Positions 1 through 10,993 of a stretch of 64,000 nucleotides of DNA are shown piece by piece. The translations under genes and the position numbers were made by a program. Each line of letters opens with the position of its first letter. Positions within the stretch are counted from its first letter, which is position 1. Below the pieces are notes generated by a model. The model had not been told where the DNA came from. It did not search any database and saw only the letters and a program-made list of their open reading frames with translations. This stretch comes from an uncultured Gemmatimonadales bacterium. GTDB taxonomy: Bacteria > Gemmatimonadota > Gemmatimonadetes > Gemmatimonadales > GWC2-71-9. The DNA lies in assembly GCA_963812085.1 (NCBI GenBank), contig CAWETL010000003.1, positions 346,642 to 410,641 of the forward strand. Direction: 5' to 3'.

Positions 1-820
1 CGCGCAGGCGCCCGAGCCGCGCCGCCTTCTCGTGCTGGTCCTGGGCGGCCAGCTCCGCCGCGCGGCCCAGCGCCACCGCGCCGGCCACGTTTTCGGTGCC
101 GGGCCGGAGGCCGAACTGCTGGGTCCCGCCGTGGATGATGGCCTCGATGGCGGCACGGCTGCGGACGATGAGCGCGCCGATGCCCTTCGGGGCCCCGATC
201 TTGTGCCCCGAAATGGTGAGCAGGGCCGCGCCGGACGCCTCCACCGACACGGGAATCTGCCCGAAGGCCTGCACCGCGTCGGTGTGAAAGAGCGCGCCGG
301 CGGCCTCGCAGCGGCGGCCGATCTCGGCGACCGGCTGCACGGTGCCGACTTCGTTGTTGACCCACATCACCGAGACGACGGCGGGGCGGGCCGCGAGGGC
401 GCCGTCGAGCGCTCCAAGGTCGACCAACCCGTCCGCGCCGACCGGCAGGACCGTCTCCGTGCCGCCCATGCGCGTCAGGGCGTGGGCGGCCGCCAGCACC
501 GCCTTGTGATCGGTGGCGCACACGACGGCGTGCATTGGCCGGCCCGCCGCCCGCGCGGCGAGCGCCGCGCCCACGATGGCGAGGTTATCGGCCTCGGTGC
601 CGCCGGAGGTGAAGATGACCTGGCCCGGCTCGGCGCCGACGGCGGCGGCCACCTTGCGGCGGGCCTCCTCCAGGCCGGCGCGCGCCGTCCGCCCGAAGCG
701 GTGCGCGCTGGACGGGTTGCCGAAGGCCGCCGCCCCGAGGAAGGGCAGCATGGCCTCCAGCACCTCGGCGCGCACCGGCGTCGTGGCGGCGTGGTCGAGA
801 TAGACTGGTTGGGTTGCCAT
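1..820 (-). CDS. iscS: Cysteine desulfurase (IscS/NifS family), 3' end runs off the window
   Basis: Manual translation: MATQPVYLDHAATTP...FGNPSS.H...FTSGGTEADN...NNEVG...HTDAVQ...SGHK (PLP lysine)...RPGTENV. Not in the ORF track because it lacks a stop. TATGAT 7 nt upstream of the ATG. Confidence 0.9.
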   Translation of the reverse strand, partial: MATQPVYLDHAATTPVRAEVLEAMLPFLGAAAFGNPSSAHRFGRTARAGLEEARRKVAAAVGAEPGQVIFTSGGTEADNLAIVGAALAARAAGRPMHAVVCATDHKAVLAAAHALTRMGGTETVLPVGADGLVDLGALDGALAARPAVVSVMWVNNEVGTVQPVAEIGRRCEAAGALFHTDAVQAFGQIPVSVEASGAALLTISGHKIGAPKGIGALIVRSRAAIEAIIHGGTQQFGLRPGTENVAGAVALGRAAELAAQDQHEKAARLGRLR

Positions 821-834
821 CGGGGGAATCATAC

Positions 835-1551
835 CTACATGCTGGAGACGTCGAGCGTGAGCACGTCGTCCACCCGCACGGTTTCCTGGGTGAAGTACGG
901 CTCGCCGAACCGGGTGCGGATGAGCGAGCCGTAGTGCGCGTTCTGGGTCTCGACGAGCGAGTAGAGGTCCTGGCCGGTGGGGAAGATCTCGCCGGCGGCC
1001 TTGGCGCCGTCGAACTGGCTCGCGTAGCAGCGGATGGCGGCGAGCTTCCGGGCGAACTGGTCGCTGATGTCCACCACGAAGGTGGGCTTGACCGGGTCCT
1101 CCCGGTAGCTGAGGGCGTAGAGGAGCTTGTGGGGGCGGTGGGGCTCCCCGGGGGCGTCGTACTTGGCGAGCCCGGCCAAAAAGCAGGCGTCGCGCCCGAG
1201 CTCCGAGGCGATCCGGTGATCCGGGTGCCGGCCGATCGGGTAGGGGAGGATGACGACGCGGGGCCGGAAGTGCCGGATCTCCCCGACCACGATTCGCCGC
1301 GCCTCCTCCGAGTTCTGCAGGTGCGAGTCCGGGAGGCCCGCGTTCCGCCGCTCCCGGATGCCGAGGATCTTCGCGGCGGCCTCCGCCTCTGCCGCCCGGA
1401 GCGCCGCGCTGCCGCGGGTGCCGCCCTCCCCGGCCGTCAGGTCGAGGATGCCGGCGCTGTGACCCTGGTCCACGGCGCGGAGCAGGGTGCCCGCGCAGGT
1501 CAGTTCGACGTCGTCGCGGTGGGCCGCGATGGCAAGGATGTCAACGGTCAT
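835..1551 (-). CDS. bshB1: Bacillithiol biosynthesis deacetylase BshB1 (PIG-L/LmbE family)
   Basis: C-terminal part of ORF 835..3729: MTVDILAIAAHRDDVELTC...DLTAGEGGTRG...RHPDH...P.FVVDIS...K..AI.CY.SQF. Confidence 0.85.
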   Translation of the reverse strand: MTVDILAIAAHRDDVELTCAGTLLRAVDQGHSAGILDLTAGEGGTRGSAALRAAEAEAAAKILGIRERRNAGLPDSHLQNSEEARRIVVGEIRHFRPRVVILPYPIGRHPDHRIASELGRDACFLAGLAKYDAPGEPHRPHKLLYALSYREDPVKPTFVVDISDQFARKLAAIRCYASQFDGAKAAGEIFPTGQDLYSLVETQNAHYGSLIRTRFGEPYFTQETVRVDDVLTLDVSSM

Positions 1552-1574
1552 AGGCGCCAAAGGTAGGGGACGGA

Positions 1575-2816
1575 CTATTCGTGCCGCAACGCCTCGATCG
1601 GGTCCATGGCGGCGGCGCGGTTGGCCGGATAGAGCCCGAAGGCCAGCCCGATGCCCACCGAGACCCCGGTGGCGACCACCGCGCTCCAGAGGGGCACCGA
1701 CGACTCCAGGTCCAGCACCCGCTTCAGCACCTCGCCCAGCCCCAGCCCGACGAAGATGCCGAGGAGGCCGCCCACGAGGGTCAGTGTGGCGGCCTCGACG
1801 AGGAACTGGAGCATGATCTCCCGCCGCGTGGCACCCAGCGCCTTCCGGAGCCCGATCTCCCGGGTCCGGTCCGTCACGGAGACCATCATGATGGCCATCA
1901 CGCCGATGCCGCCCACCAGCAACGCGACGCCGGAGAGCGCCACCATGACCCCGAAAAAGGCCGACGTCAGGCTGCTGATCGTGTCGAGGATCTGGTCCTG
2001 GGTGAGCAGGTCGAAGGTGTTGGGGATGCCGGGCCGGAGCTTCCGCTCCCGGCGGAGCGCCACCGTGACCAGGTCCTGGGCGCGCGTGACGTCCACCTCG
2101 GGGCGTCCCTTGACCGCGATGAACAGCCCGTTGGTTTCGTCGTACCGGAGGTTGTACTTCGCGGCGCGGTACGGCACGATCCCGCCGGTCTGCTGGCCCG
2201 GCGGCTCGAAGATGTTCTGGGGCTTCTGGTAGACGCCGATGACGCGGAACGGAACCCCGTTGACGCGCACGATCTTGCCCAGGGGATCGATCCGGCCGAA
2301 GAGGTGGTCGGCCGTCTCCTCTTCCAGGACGATCACCTGTTCCCCCGAGAGTTCCGAGCGGGTGAAGAACCGCCCGCGGAGGATGGTGCCGCCCTGGATG
2401 TCCATGTAGTGGTCGTCGGCCGCCCAGACGAGGATGGTCTGGGTGCGGGTGCCCTGGTACTCGATCCGGGAAAAGACCTGGACCCACATCCCGGCGTACA
2501 GGATTTCGGGGATCGCCTTGATGGCGTCGGCGTCGCTCTCGCGGAGCACCGGCCGGATGCGGACCTCGTACGGCAGGTTGTCGGGGTTGAGCGGGGTCTG
2601 GGAAAAGTACCGCATGACGTAGAACGCCGTCGGGCCGGCGGTCTCGAGGGCGTTGAAGATCTGGGTGCGGACGCCCTGGACGATCGACGCCATGGTCATC
2701 ACGGTGGCCACGCCGATGATCACGCCCAGCACCGTGAGCGCGGAGCGCAGCTTGTTGGCGCGCATCGCGTCGAGGGCCATCAGGACGCCCTCGCCCACCC
2801 GGCTCAGCGGGATCAC
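1575..2816 (-). CDS. MacB/YknZ-type ABC transporter permease (type B copy 2)
   Basis: NKLRSALTVLGVIIGVA; GGIGVMAIMMVSVTDRTREIGLRKALGA; YPANRAAAMDPIEALRHE. Confidence 0.92.
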   Translation of the reverse strand: MIPLSRVGEGVLMALDAMRANKLRSALTVLGVIIGVATVMTMASIVQGVRTQIFNALETAGPTAFYVMRYFSQTPLNPDNLPYEVRIRPVLRESDADAIKAIPEILYAGMWVQVFSRIEYQGTRTQTILVWAADDHYMDIQGGTILRGRFFTRSELSGEQVIVLEEETADHLFGRIDPLGKIVRVNGVPFRVIGVYQKPQNIFEPPGQQTGGIVPYRAAKYNLRYDETNGLFIAVKGRPEVDVTRAQDLVTVALRRERKLRPGIPNTFDLLTQDQILDTISSLTSAFFGVMVALSGVALLVGGIGVMAIMMVSVTDRTREIGLRKALGATRREIMLQFLVEAATLTLVGGLLGIFVGLGLGEVLKRVLDLESSVPLWSAVVATGVSVGIGLAFGLYPANRAAAMDPIEALRHE

Positions 2817-2819
2817 GGG

Positions 2820-4064
2820 CTACTCGGCCCGGAGGGCGGTGATGGGGTCCAGCCGCGCCGCCCGCGTCGCCGGATAGACGCCGAAGAGGAGCCCGGTGCC
2901 GGCGCCAAGCGCGAGCGCCAGGGAGATCGACCATCCCGTGACCCGGGCGGGGAGCGGCGTGACGCTGGACACCAGCAGCGCCAGCGACCATCCCGCCATC
3001 ACCCCCAGGATGCCGCCGAAGAACGAGAGCGTGGCCGCCTCGATGAGGAACTGGCGCCGGATGTCCCGCCGGGTGGCCCCGAGGGACTTCCGGATGCCGA
3101 TCTCGCGCGTCCGCTCGTTGACCGTCATCAGCATGATGTTCATGATCACGATGCCCCCGACCACGATGCCGATGCAGACGACGGCCGGGATGATCGTGAA
3201 GAGGATCCGGGTCAGGCTCTTCCAGAACGCCACGAGGGCGTCCGCCTTGTCCACGGTGAAGTCGTCGGGCTCGTCGGGCCGGAGCCGGTGCGCCACGCGC
3301 ATCGCTTCCTGCGCGCGGGCCATGGCCGGCTCGACCTCCTCGGCATCTCGCATCTTGACCGACACCACGGTCGTCTTCCGGCGGCCGTACATCGACTCGA
3401 AGGTGGAGTAGGGGATGAGGGCAAAGCCGTCGAACGACTGCCCGAGCACCTTGCCCTTCTTGGCGATCACCGCCTTGACCGTGAACTCCCGGCCGGAAAT
3501 CCGGATCTTGCGGCCGATGGCCTGCGCGGGGTCGCCGAACAGCTTCTCGGCCACGTCGAAGCCGATCACCGCCACCATCCGGCGCTCGGTCACGTCCGGG
3601 TCCGTCATCTCCTCGCCGGCGGCAAAGCGGTAGTCGCGCACGATCTGGTAGGCGGGGGTGATGCCGAAGATGAGGACGTCGCCGACGTGCTGGTTCCGGT
3701 AGGTCACGTCGCTGGTCGGCGTCGGCCACCCCGACTGGTAGGCCACGGCCTCCGCGTCGGGGAGGGCGCGCCGGACCACCTCGGCGTCGGCGGTGGACAC
3801 CAGCGGCCGCTTGGCGATCGCCTTGACCTGCTCGTCGTCCATCAGGCCGACCGCGACCGGCGTCCGCCGGACCTGGAAGGCGTTGGTGCCGATCACCGCC
3901 CCGGTGATGTTCTCCTTCACGTACGCGTTCATCCCCTGGATGATGGCCACCACGGCCACCAGGAATCCCACCGAGACGATGATGCCCAGCAGGGTGAAGA
4001 ACGACCGGAGTTTGCTGCCGAGGATGGCTTGCAGGGCGAGACGGAAGGCTTCACGAAAGGGCAT
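2820..4064 (-). CDS. MacB/YknZ-type ABC transporter permease (type A copy 2)
   Basis: KLRSFFTLLGIIVSV; GGIVIMNIMLMTVNERTREIGIRKSLGA; LDPITALRAE. Confidence 0.92.
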   Translation of the reverse strand: MPFREAFRLALQAILGSKLRSFFTLLGIIVSVGFLVAVVAIIQGMNAYVKENITGAVIGTNAFQVRRTPVAVGLMDDEQVKAIAKRPLVSTADAEVVRRALPDAEAVAYQSGWPTPTSDVTYRNQHVGDVLIFGITPAYQIVRDYRFAAGEEMTDPDVTERRMVAVIGFDVAEKLFGDPAQAIGRKIRISGREFTVKAVIAKKGKVLGQSFDGFALIPYSTFESMYGRRKTTVVSVKMRDAEEVEPAMARAQEAMRVAHRLRPDEPDDFTVDKADALVAFWKSLTRILFTIIPAVVCIGIVVGGIVIMNIMLMTVNERTREIGIRKSLGATRRDIRRQFLIEAATLSFFGGILGVMAGWSLALLVSSVTPLPARVTGWSISLALALGAGTGLLFGVYPATRAARLDPITALRAE

Positions 4065-4078
4065 GACAGAAAACTAGT

Positions 4079-4142
4079 GGGGAGACGGGAAGGCGGGAAA
4101 GCGGGGAGGTGGGTGGACTTCCCCGCGTCCCCGTTTCCCCGC
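4079..4142. repeat. Octamer tandem repeats arranged as an inverted repeat (REP-like hairpin, G4-capable)
   Basis: ggggagac gggaaggc gggaaagc ggggaggt - gggtgg - acttcccc gcgtcccc gtttcccc. Confidence 0.65.
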
Positions 4143-4146
4143 TAGG

Positions 4147-5394
4147 TCACTCGTATCGCAGTGCCTCCACCGGATCCAGCTTGCTGGCCTTGCTCGCGGG
4201 GTACATCCCGAAGAGCACGCCGGTCACGATGGAGGCAAGGAGGGCCACCACCACCGACCAGAGGGGGACCACCGCGGGGATCGGCGTGAAGGCGTGGATG
4301 CCCCAGGCGATCAGTCCGCCCAGGAGGAGGCCGACGCCACCGCCCACGAGGGTCAGCGTGGCGGCTTCCACCAGGAACTGGAAGAGCACCTCGCGCCGGG
4401 TGGCGCCGAGGGCCTTCCGCACGCCGATTTCCCGGGTGCGCTCGGTCACCGAGATCATCATGATGGCCACCACGCCGACACCGCCTACCATCAGGCCCAC
4501 GCTGGAGAGCGCGAGCATCACCAGGAAGAACGCCCCGGTCACCTTGTCGAAGGTCTCCAGGATGCGCTCCTGGGTCACGAGGGCAAAGTTGTTCTCCTGG
4601 CCCGGCTTGAGTCCCCGCTTGGCTCGCATGGCCGCGACCACCTGGTCCTGCGCCTCGTCGATGCTCACGCCCGCGACCGGCATGACCGCGATGTCCATCC
4701 ACCCCTTCCAGTAGTCGGCCACCTTTTCGAACGTGGTGTGCGGCATGGCCAGGCGCTGATCGTCGCCGCCACCGAAGAGCGAGGCGGCCTCGACGTGCAG
4801 GCCGATCACCACGAAGGGCTGCCCGAAAATCTTGATCGTCTTGCCGATCGGGTCGAGGCCCGGGAAGAGCGTCTCCGCCAGCTTGTCGTTGATGACGCAC
4901 ACCCGCGCGCCGGCGGCGTACTCCATCGCGGTGAAATTCCGGCCCGAGACGATCTCCCCGCCGGTCACGTACACCCAGCTCGGCCCGAAGCCGGCGATGT
5001 TGACGCTGCCCAGGTCCACGTCGCCGTACTTGACCGGGCCGTTCGTCCCTTCGGACACCGACACGTCCTGGATGTACGGGAGCTGCCGGATCATCTCCGC
5101 GTCGGCCACGGTGAGCCAGGGATTCTTGCGCCAGGGCGAGAGCTCGTCCGAACCGTCGGAAATATTCAGCCCGCCCTGGAAGAACCGGTTGACGTAGAAG
5201 GTGCGCGGACCCGCGGACTCGAGCATCGCGGTGATGCTGCGGTTGATGCCGGTGATGGCGGATGCCATGGCGATGACCACCATGACGCCGATGGCCACGC
5301 CCAGGATGGTCAGCGCCGCCCGGACCTTGCTGGCCCGGAGGGAGTCGAGCGCGATGCCGACGCCTTCGACTGCGCGGCTGAGTGATTGGGACAC
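4147..5394 (-). CDS. MacB/YknZ-type ABC transporter permease (type B copy 1)
   Basis: GTG start at 5394 after AGGAGG; KVRAALTILGVAIGV; ISVTERTREIGVRKALGA; LDPVEALRYE. Confidence 0.9.
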   Translation of the reverse strand: MSQSLSRAVEGVGIALDSLRASKVRAALTILGVAIGVMVVIAMASAITGINRSITAMLESAGPRTFYVNRFFQGGLNISDGSDELSPWRKNPWLTVADAEMIRQLPYIQDVSVSEGTNGPVKYGDVDLGSVNIAGFGPSWVYVTGGEIVSGRNFTAMEYAAGARVCVINDKLAETLFPGLDPIGKTIKIFGQPFVVIGLHVEAASLFGGGDDQRLAMPHTTFEKVADYWKGWMDIAVMPVAGVSIDEAQDQVVAAMRAKRGLKPGQENNFALVTQERILETFDKVTGAFFLVMLALSSVGLMVGGVGVVAIMMISVTERTREIGVRKALGATRREVLFQFLVEAATLTLVGGGVGLLLGGLIAWGIHAFTPIPAVVPLWSVVVALLASIVTGVLFGMYPASKASKLDPVEALRYE

Positions 5395-5407
5395 GCTGCC
5401 TCCTGGG

Positions 5408-6649
5408 CTATTCGGCGCGGAGCGCGTCGATGGGGTCCAGCCGGCTGGCGCGGCTGGCCGGGTAGACGCCGGCCACCATGCCGACGACGATGCCCAGCCC
5501 GACGCCCACGCCAATCGACCACGGGGCCACCGCGGCGGGCAGCGGCGACAGCGCCCGGACGACGAAGGCGAGCCCGATGCCAAACACGATGCCCAGCGCG
5601 GCCCCCACGGTCGAGAGGGTGGCCGACTCGACGATGAATTGCGCGAGGATGTCCCGCCGCCGGGCGCCGAGCGCCTTGCGGATGCCGATCTCCCGGGTCC
5701 GCTCCGAGACCGCCATCAGCATGATGTTCATGATCACGATGCCGCCCACCACCAGCGAAATGGCCACCAGGCCCGGCAGGGCGGTGAAGAGGATCTTGGA
5801 GATCTTCTTCCACCCCTCGAGGGCCCCCTCGGCCGTCTGGAGGTGGAAATTGTTCTCCTGCGCCGGCTTGAGCCCGCGCCGCGCCCGCATCAGCGCCTCC
5901 ACCTCGGCCATCGCGGCCTGCATCTGGGTGGGGCCCGCGGTCTGGATGTCCACTTCGTCGAGGATGTTGATCGGGCAGATGTAGCGGCGCGCCGGGGCGG
6001 TGTAGGGCATCACGGCGAACTTGTCCATCGAGAGCCCGAAGAGGTTGCCCTGCTTGGCCACGACGCCGATCACGCGGTAGGGCAGCCCGTGGATCATGAC
6101 TTCCTTGCCGAGCGGGTCCTGCCCCGCGAAGAGCTTTTCGGCCACGAGGTCGCCGAGGACCACCACCGGGCTCGCGGCGCGCACCTCCTGGGGGGAGAAC
6201 GCGCGGCCGCTGACCACCTCGTAATTCTTGATCTTGAAGTAGGTCTCCTCGGTCCCGATCAGCGCGATGTCCTTCGCGATCTTCCCGTTGTAGCCCAGCG
6301 GCTCGCGGTCGGCGCAGTACATGGCAAAGGTGGCGGGCGTCGTCACCCGGGCCTTGATGTAGTCCGCGTCGGCGTAGCTGATGCGGGGGCGCCGGCGCCA
6401 GGACATCCAGGTCTCCCGGGTCACGTTCCCGGTGGTGAAGTCGGGCATCTGCCGCAGCTGGAAGGTGTTCAGGCCGATCAGCCGGTTCGCGAACTGGTCC
6501 TCCATGTACACGTTCATGCCCTGGACGATCGAGACGACCGCGATCAGGAACATGACGCCGATCAGGACGCCAATGAGCGAGAAGAAGCTCTTCAGCTTCT
6601 GCGCCCTGATGGTGCGGAGGGCCATCCGGATCGCCTCGATGATCGGCAT
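5408..6649 (-). CDS. MacB/YknZ-type ABC transporter permease (type A copy 1)
   Basis: KLKSFFSLIGVLIGV; MNIMLMAVSERTREIGIRKALGA; LDPIDALRAE. Confidence 0.92.
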   Translation of the reverse strand: MPIIEAIRMALRTIRAQKLKSFFSLIGVLIGVMFLIAVVSIVQGMNVYMEDQFANRLIGLNTFQLRQMPDFTTGNVTRETWMSWRRRPRISYADADYIKARVTTPATFAMYCADREPLGYNGKIAKDIALIGTEETYFKIKNYEVVSGRAFSPQEVRAASPVVVLGDLVAEKLFAGQDPLGKEVMIHGLPYRVIGVVAKQGNLFGLSMDKFAVMPYTAPARRYICPINILDEVDIQTAGPTQMQAAMAEVEALMRARRGLKPAQENNFHLQTAEGALEGWKKISKILFTALPGLVAISLVVGGIVIMNIMLMAVSERTREIGIRKALGARRRDILAQFIVESATLSTVGAALGIVFGIGLAFVVRALSPLPAAVAPWSIGVGVGLGIVVGMVAGVYPASRASRLDPIDALRAE

Positions 6650-6653
6650 CGGA

Positions 6654-7354
<701 letters not shown>

Positions 7355-7355
<1 letters not shown>

Positions 7356-8626
7356 CACTTCTTCTCGGCGGCGCCCGGCGCGGCCGGGGCCTTCATCTGG
7401 CGGACCCTGGCGCTGTCCTGGAGGTCGCGGATCGTCTGGTAGGTGCCGGAGACGATCGTGTCGCCCTGCTGGACCCCGGAGACGACCTCGAAGAACTCCT
7501 CGCCGGCGATGCCGACCGTGACCGGCACGAAGGTGGCCACGCCGCCGTGCACCACGAACACTCCCTCGGTGTCCTTCTTCTTGCCCGCGACCGTGTCGCC
7601 GGGCACGCTCTCGTTCGGCACCGCCTCGTGCTGCCGCACCGTCAGCGCGATGATCGGCACGCTCAGCACCTGGTGCCGCGTGTCGGTCACGATCTTGGCG
7701 GTGGCGCTCAGGTCCGGCCGGATGTCCTGCGGCGGGTTCGCGAGGGTGATTTCGACGTCGAAGTCCACCGCCTTGTCCGACGACCCGCTCGCGGTCGACG
7801 TGCTGGTGAGCTGCGCGCTGTTGCTGATCTTCGTGACGTGTCCGACGAATGCCGTGTCCGGGAAGGCGTCGATCGTGACGCGAACCGAGTCTCCCATGGC
7901 CAGGCGGACCACGTCGGTCTCGTCCACCTGCACCTTGGCCAGGATCACGGAGAGGTCGGCCACGGTCATGAGGAGCGCCGTCTCCTTCGAGAAGGTGCCC
8001 GGGACCGCGACTTCGCCGACCTCGACATTGAGCCGGGTGACCCGCCCGTCGAGCGGCGAGATCAGGCGGGTCTTCGAGAGCTGGTCGCGCGCGTCCTGCA
8101 GCGAGGCGCGGTTCTGCGCCATCTGGGCGTTGGCGGCGTTGAGATTGGCCTTGGCCACCTCGAAGGCGGTCTCGGCCTGCTCCACCGCCTCGGTGGAGAT
8201 CAGGTTCGGGCTGCTCGCGCTCAGCTCCTTGGCGCGCCCCATGGTGCGCTCGGCCTGGTCGTAGTTGGCCTTGGCCTGCACCTGCGAGGCGGTCGACGCC
8301 GAGAGCAGCGCCTCGGTCCGGGCCACGGCGGCCTCGTACTGGGCCGGGTCGATCTGGAGCAGGAACTGCCCCTTCTTGACCCAGTCTCCTTCCTTGACGG
8401 CGATCTGGGTGATGCGACCGGTGATGTCGGCGCTGATGTCCACCTTCGTCTTGGGCTCGATCCGCCCGCTCGCGGTGACCGACGCCACCAGGTCCTGCGG
8501 CTTGACCGTGTCGAGGCGGACCTCGACCGTCCCCTTGCCGCGCTTGGCGGCGGTGAGGAAGAACAGGCCGCCGGCCACGATGATCAGGATGGCGGCGAAG
8601 AGTCCGAACTTGGTGCGACGTGACAT
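7355..8626 (-). CDS. Efflux periplasmic adaptor subunit (MacA/YknX type)
   Basis: N-terminal TM anchor; ASG.IEP...V.ISADITG.I..I.VKEGD.VKKGQ.L; coiled coil; ISPLDG.V; VDETD. Confidence 0.9.
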
Positions 8627-8641
8627 GTGCATCCTCGGGAA

Positions 8642-10222
8642 TTAACGAAGGGGACGCCCGACCGCCTCTTCCAGCGCGGCCACGGCCTTGTGATATGCGT
8701 ACACGGCATCGACATACGTGCCCTCGGCCCGCTGCACGGCACCCTCGGCGTCCGAGAGCTCGAGCGCGGTGCCGTTGCCCAGCCGGTAGCGGTCCTGCGC
8801 CAGCCGGAGCTGGTCGTTCGCGGCGATGCGATTGGCCGTCGCCACGCCGATGGCCTCGTAGGTGGCGTTCACGGCCAGCATGCGGCTGGTCACCTGGGTG
8901 CGTACGAACAGCGCCTGGCCGCGCACCTGCTCGGTGGCGTCGTCCCGCTGGGCCTTGGCCTGCGAGAGGCGGGTTTCCCGCTGCAGGCCGGTGAAGAGCG
9001 GCAGCGACAGGCCGGCGAACACCTGGAACGGCTGGTTCGTGAACTTCCATGGGAAGACGTTGTTGCTGCTGATGATCTGGTTGGAGATCGCCGGCTGCAG
9101 CGCGGTGCCCGACGGATTGAGACCGGCGTAGGCGTTACAGTCGGGGATAATCCCACCGTTCGGCTGGCCCGGGATGCCGGTCGGGCCGTAGGTCAGCCCT
9201 TCGATCACCTGGTTCTGGAACGTGCAGTTGGACGCCGTCCCCAGCGCGCCGTTATAGGCCTGGTTCACCAGGCTGTTCTCGTCGGTGTACTCCTGGGTGT
9301 AGCCCGCCCAGTTGGCCTGCACCGTCAGGGAGGGGAAGAACTCGCCCTTCACGGCGCTGAGGTTGTACCCCGCCGCGTCGGACGAGGCCTCGAGGGCCTT
9401 GAGCGACGGATTGGTGTTCGCCGCCAGGGAGAGCAGGCTGTCGAGATTGTAGTCCGGCTTCACCACCGGAAACGAATCGGTGAGCGTCACCTGGTCGAGC
9501 GCCGCCGGGGCCGACACGCCCATCAGGCGGTAGAGTTCGAGCCGGGCGTCGTCGTTGTTCTGCTTGGCCACCAGCACGTCCACGTCGGACTGACCACGGG
9601 TCACCTCGGCCTGGCGAACATCCAGCATCGTGGCCTGCCCCACCTGGTACCGGGCCCGGGCCAAGTCGAGGAAGACCTGGTTCCTCGCCACCGCCTGCGT
9701 CGTGATGGCGATCCTCGCGTTGGTCTGCAGTACGGTCAGGTACTGGGTGAGCACCGCGGAGCGGAGCTGCACGTTGGCGGCGTCGATCTGCTGCTGGGTG
9801 GCGCGATAGTTCGCCTTGGACTGCCCGGGAGCCATCAGGACCCGGCCGTCGAGGCCCCACGAAAGGTTGACGTTGTAGCTCGAGCCGACCGAGGACGAGG
9901 TCTTGACCACGTTGGTGCCGCCGAAGTTCGACTGCCCCGAACCGGTGTAATTGAACCCGCCCGAGACCGTGGCCGATGGAATGAACGTGGCGTAGGCGCT
10001 CTTGACCGCCATGTTGGCGGGGCTCTCGTTGTTCAACTGCTGGCGATAGTCGGGGTTCTGGGCCAGCGCGGAGCTGAGCGCGTCGGCGAGGGACAGGGTC
10101 GCCGCCCCGCTCGCCGGAGCTGGCTGCAGCGTGGCCGTGGGCACCGGCGTGGTGGGCTGCTGTGCGTTGGCCTGGGTAGTGGCGAACAGACCCAGCACGA
10201 GCAGCCGCTTCCAATGCGTCAT
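8642..10222 (-). CDS. TolC-family outer membrane efflux channel
   Basis: Signal peptide, LSLADAL..AL.QNP, two OEP repeats (ARY.VG.AT.LDV..AE; DRYRLG.GT.LEL.DAE); heads the efflux operon. Confidence 0.88.
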   Translation of the reverse strand: MTHWKRLLVLGLFATTQANAQQPTTPVPTATLQPAPASGAATLSLADALSSALAQNPDYRQQLNNESPANMAVKSAYATFIPSATVSGGFNYTGSGQSNFGGTNVVKTSSSVGSSYNVNLSWGLDGRVLMAPGQSKANYRATQQQIDAANVQLRSAVLTQYLTVLQTNARIAITTQAVARNQVFLDLARARYQVGQATMLDVRQAEVTRGQSDVDVLVAKQNNDDARLELYRLMGVSAPAALDQVTLTDSFPVVKPDYNLDSLLSLAANTNPSLKALEASSDAAGYNLSAVKGEFFPSLTVQANWAGYTQEYTDENSLVNQAYNGALGTASNCTFQNQVIEGLTYGPTGIPGQPNGGIIPDCNAYAGLNPSGTALQPAISNQIISSNNVFPWKFTNQPFQVFAGLSLPLFTGLQRETRLSQAKAQRDDATEQVRGQALFVRTQVTSRMLAVNATYEAIGVATANRIAANDQLRLAQDRYRLGNGTALELSDAEGAVQRAEGTYVDAVYAYHKAVAALEEAVGRPLR

Positions 10223-10268
10223 GAATGCATCCTCGATTTTCGACCGGAATAAAGAGTTCGTGCCGCCC

Positions 10269-10296
10269 TTACGAAGCGGCGGCACTGAGAGTTTCA
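10269..10296 (-). promoter_or_regulatory. Putative ECF-sigma promoter for the efflux operon
   Basis: Minus strand TGAAAC-N17-CGTAA, about 47 nt upstream of the tolC ATG. Confidence 0.5.
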
Positions 10297-10315
10297 GCTT
10301 GGGACAATCAGAGAT

Positions 10316-10340
10316 AAACACGTTGCAGCACAACGACTTC
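10316..10340. promoter_or_regulatory. 25-bp dyad motif, copy 1
   Basis: AAA CACG TT GCAGCAC AA CGAC TTC; same geometry at 40876 and 60922. Confidence 0.45.
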
Positions 10341-10357
10341 ACTTTGGGCCTTCCGTC

Positions 10358-10993
10358 TTACCGGTTCTGACGAATCGCTGAAACTCCATCGGCCAGTACG
10401 ACCCGGGTCAGGTGCCCCGCGGCATCGACGGTCAGGGTGCCGGTCACGGCGCCCGTCAGGTCGATTTCGGTGGGAGAGGACTTGGTGGCGGTCAGCTGAC
10501 CCCGCCGGCCGCTTCGCGGAAAGAGCACGGGCAGCCGGGCCCCGGCGGCGGTCGCGCGCTCTGCGACCACGCCATAGAGGGCGAAGACGCTGTCGTCGAG
10601 GATGACGACGCCCGCCGTGCGGGGGTATTCGCGCACCGATTCCGCGGCGGGGGTGGTCTGGCGGATCGTGAGGTGGTCCTGGACCGCCGCGCCATACACC
10701 CGGCTCAGGCCGCTCGGTTGCCGGGTATCGATCTGCAGGGCGGCGACGGCGCCGTCGGGATTCCGCTCGAGCATCGTCTGGATCTGGACCGTCGGCCGGG
10801 TGGCCGGATACCGCACCAGCGAGGCGATCGTGATGCCCGCCGGCGAGCCGGCCGTCCCCTGCTGGACCGTGAACTCCTCGCGCCCTAGCACCGTTTCGCC
10901 GCGCACGATGTCCATGACCCCGCGGTCGAGCTCCTGGGCGGCCACGCGGGAAGCCGCGATGGAAACCAGCAGCAACACAGGAAGCGTGCGCAT
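10358..10993 (-). CDS. Exported hypothetical protein (beta-rich)
   Basis: MRTLPVLLLVSIAASRVAAQ signal peptide; GREEFTV motif; start overlaps the upstream stop. Confidence 0.7.
   Translation of the reverse strand: MRTLPVLLLVSIAASRVAAQELDRGVMDIVRGETVLGREEFTVQQGTAGSPAGITIASLVRYPATRPTVQIQTMLERNPDGAVAALQIDTRQPSGLSRVYGAAVQDHLTIRQTTPAAESVREYPRTAGVVILDDSVFALYGVVAERATAAGARLPVLFPRSGRRGQLTATKSSPTEIDLTGAVTGTLTVDAAGHLTRVVLADGVSAIRQNR

Noticed and set aside
835-3729. 964-aa ORF
   Set aside because: Only the last 238 aa (bshB1) are real; upstream part is an off-frame reading of permeases.
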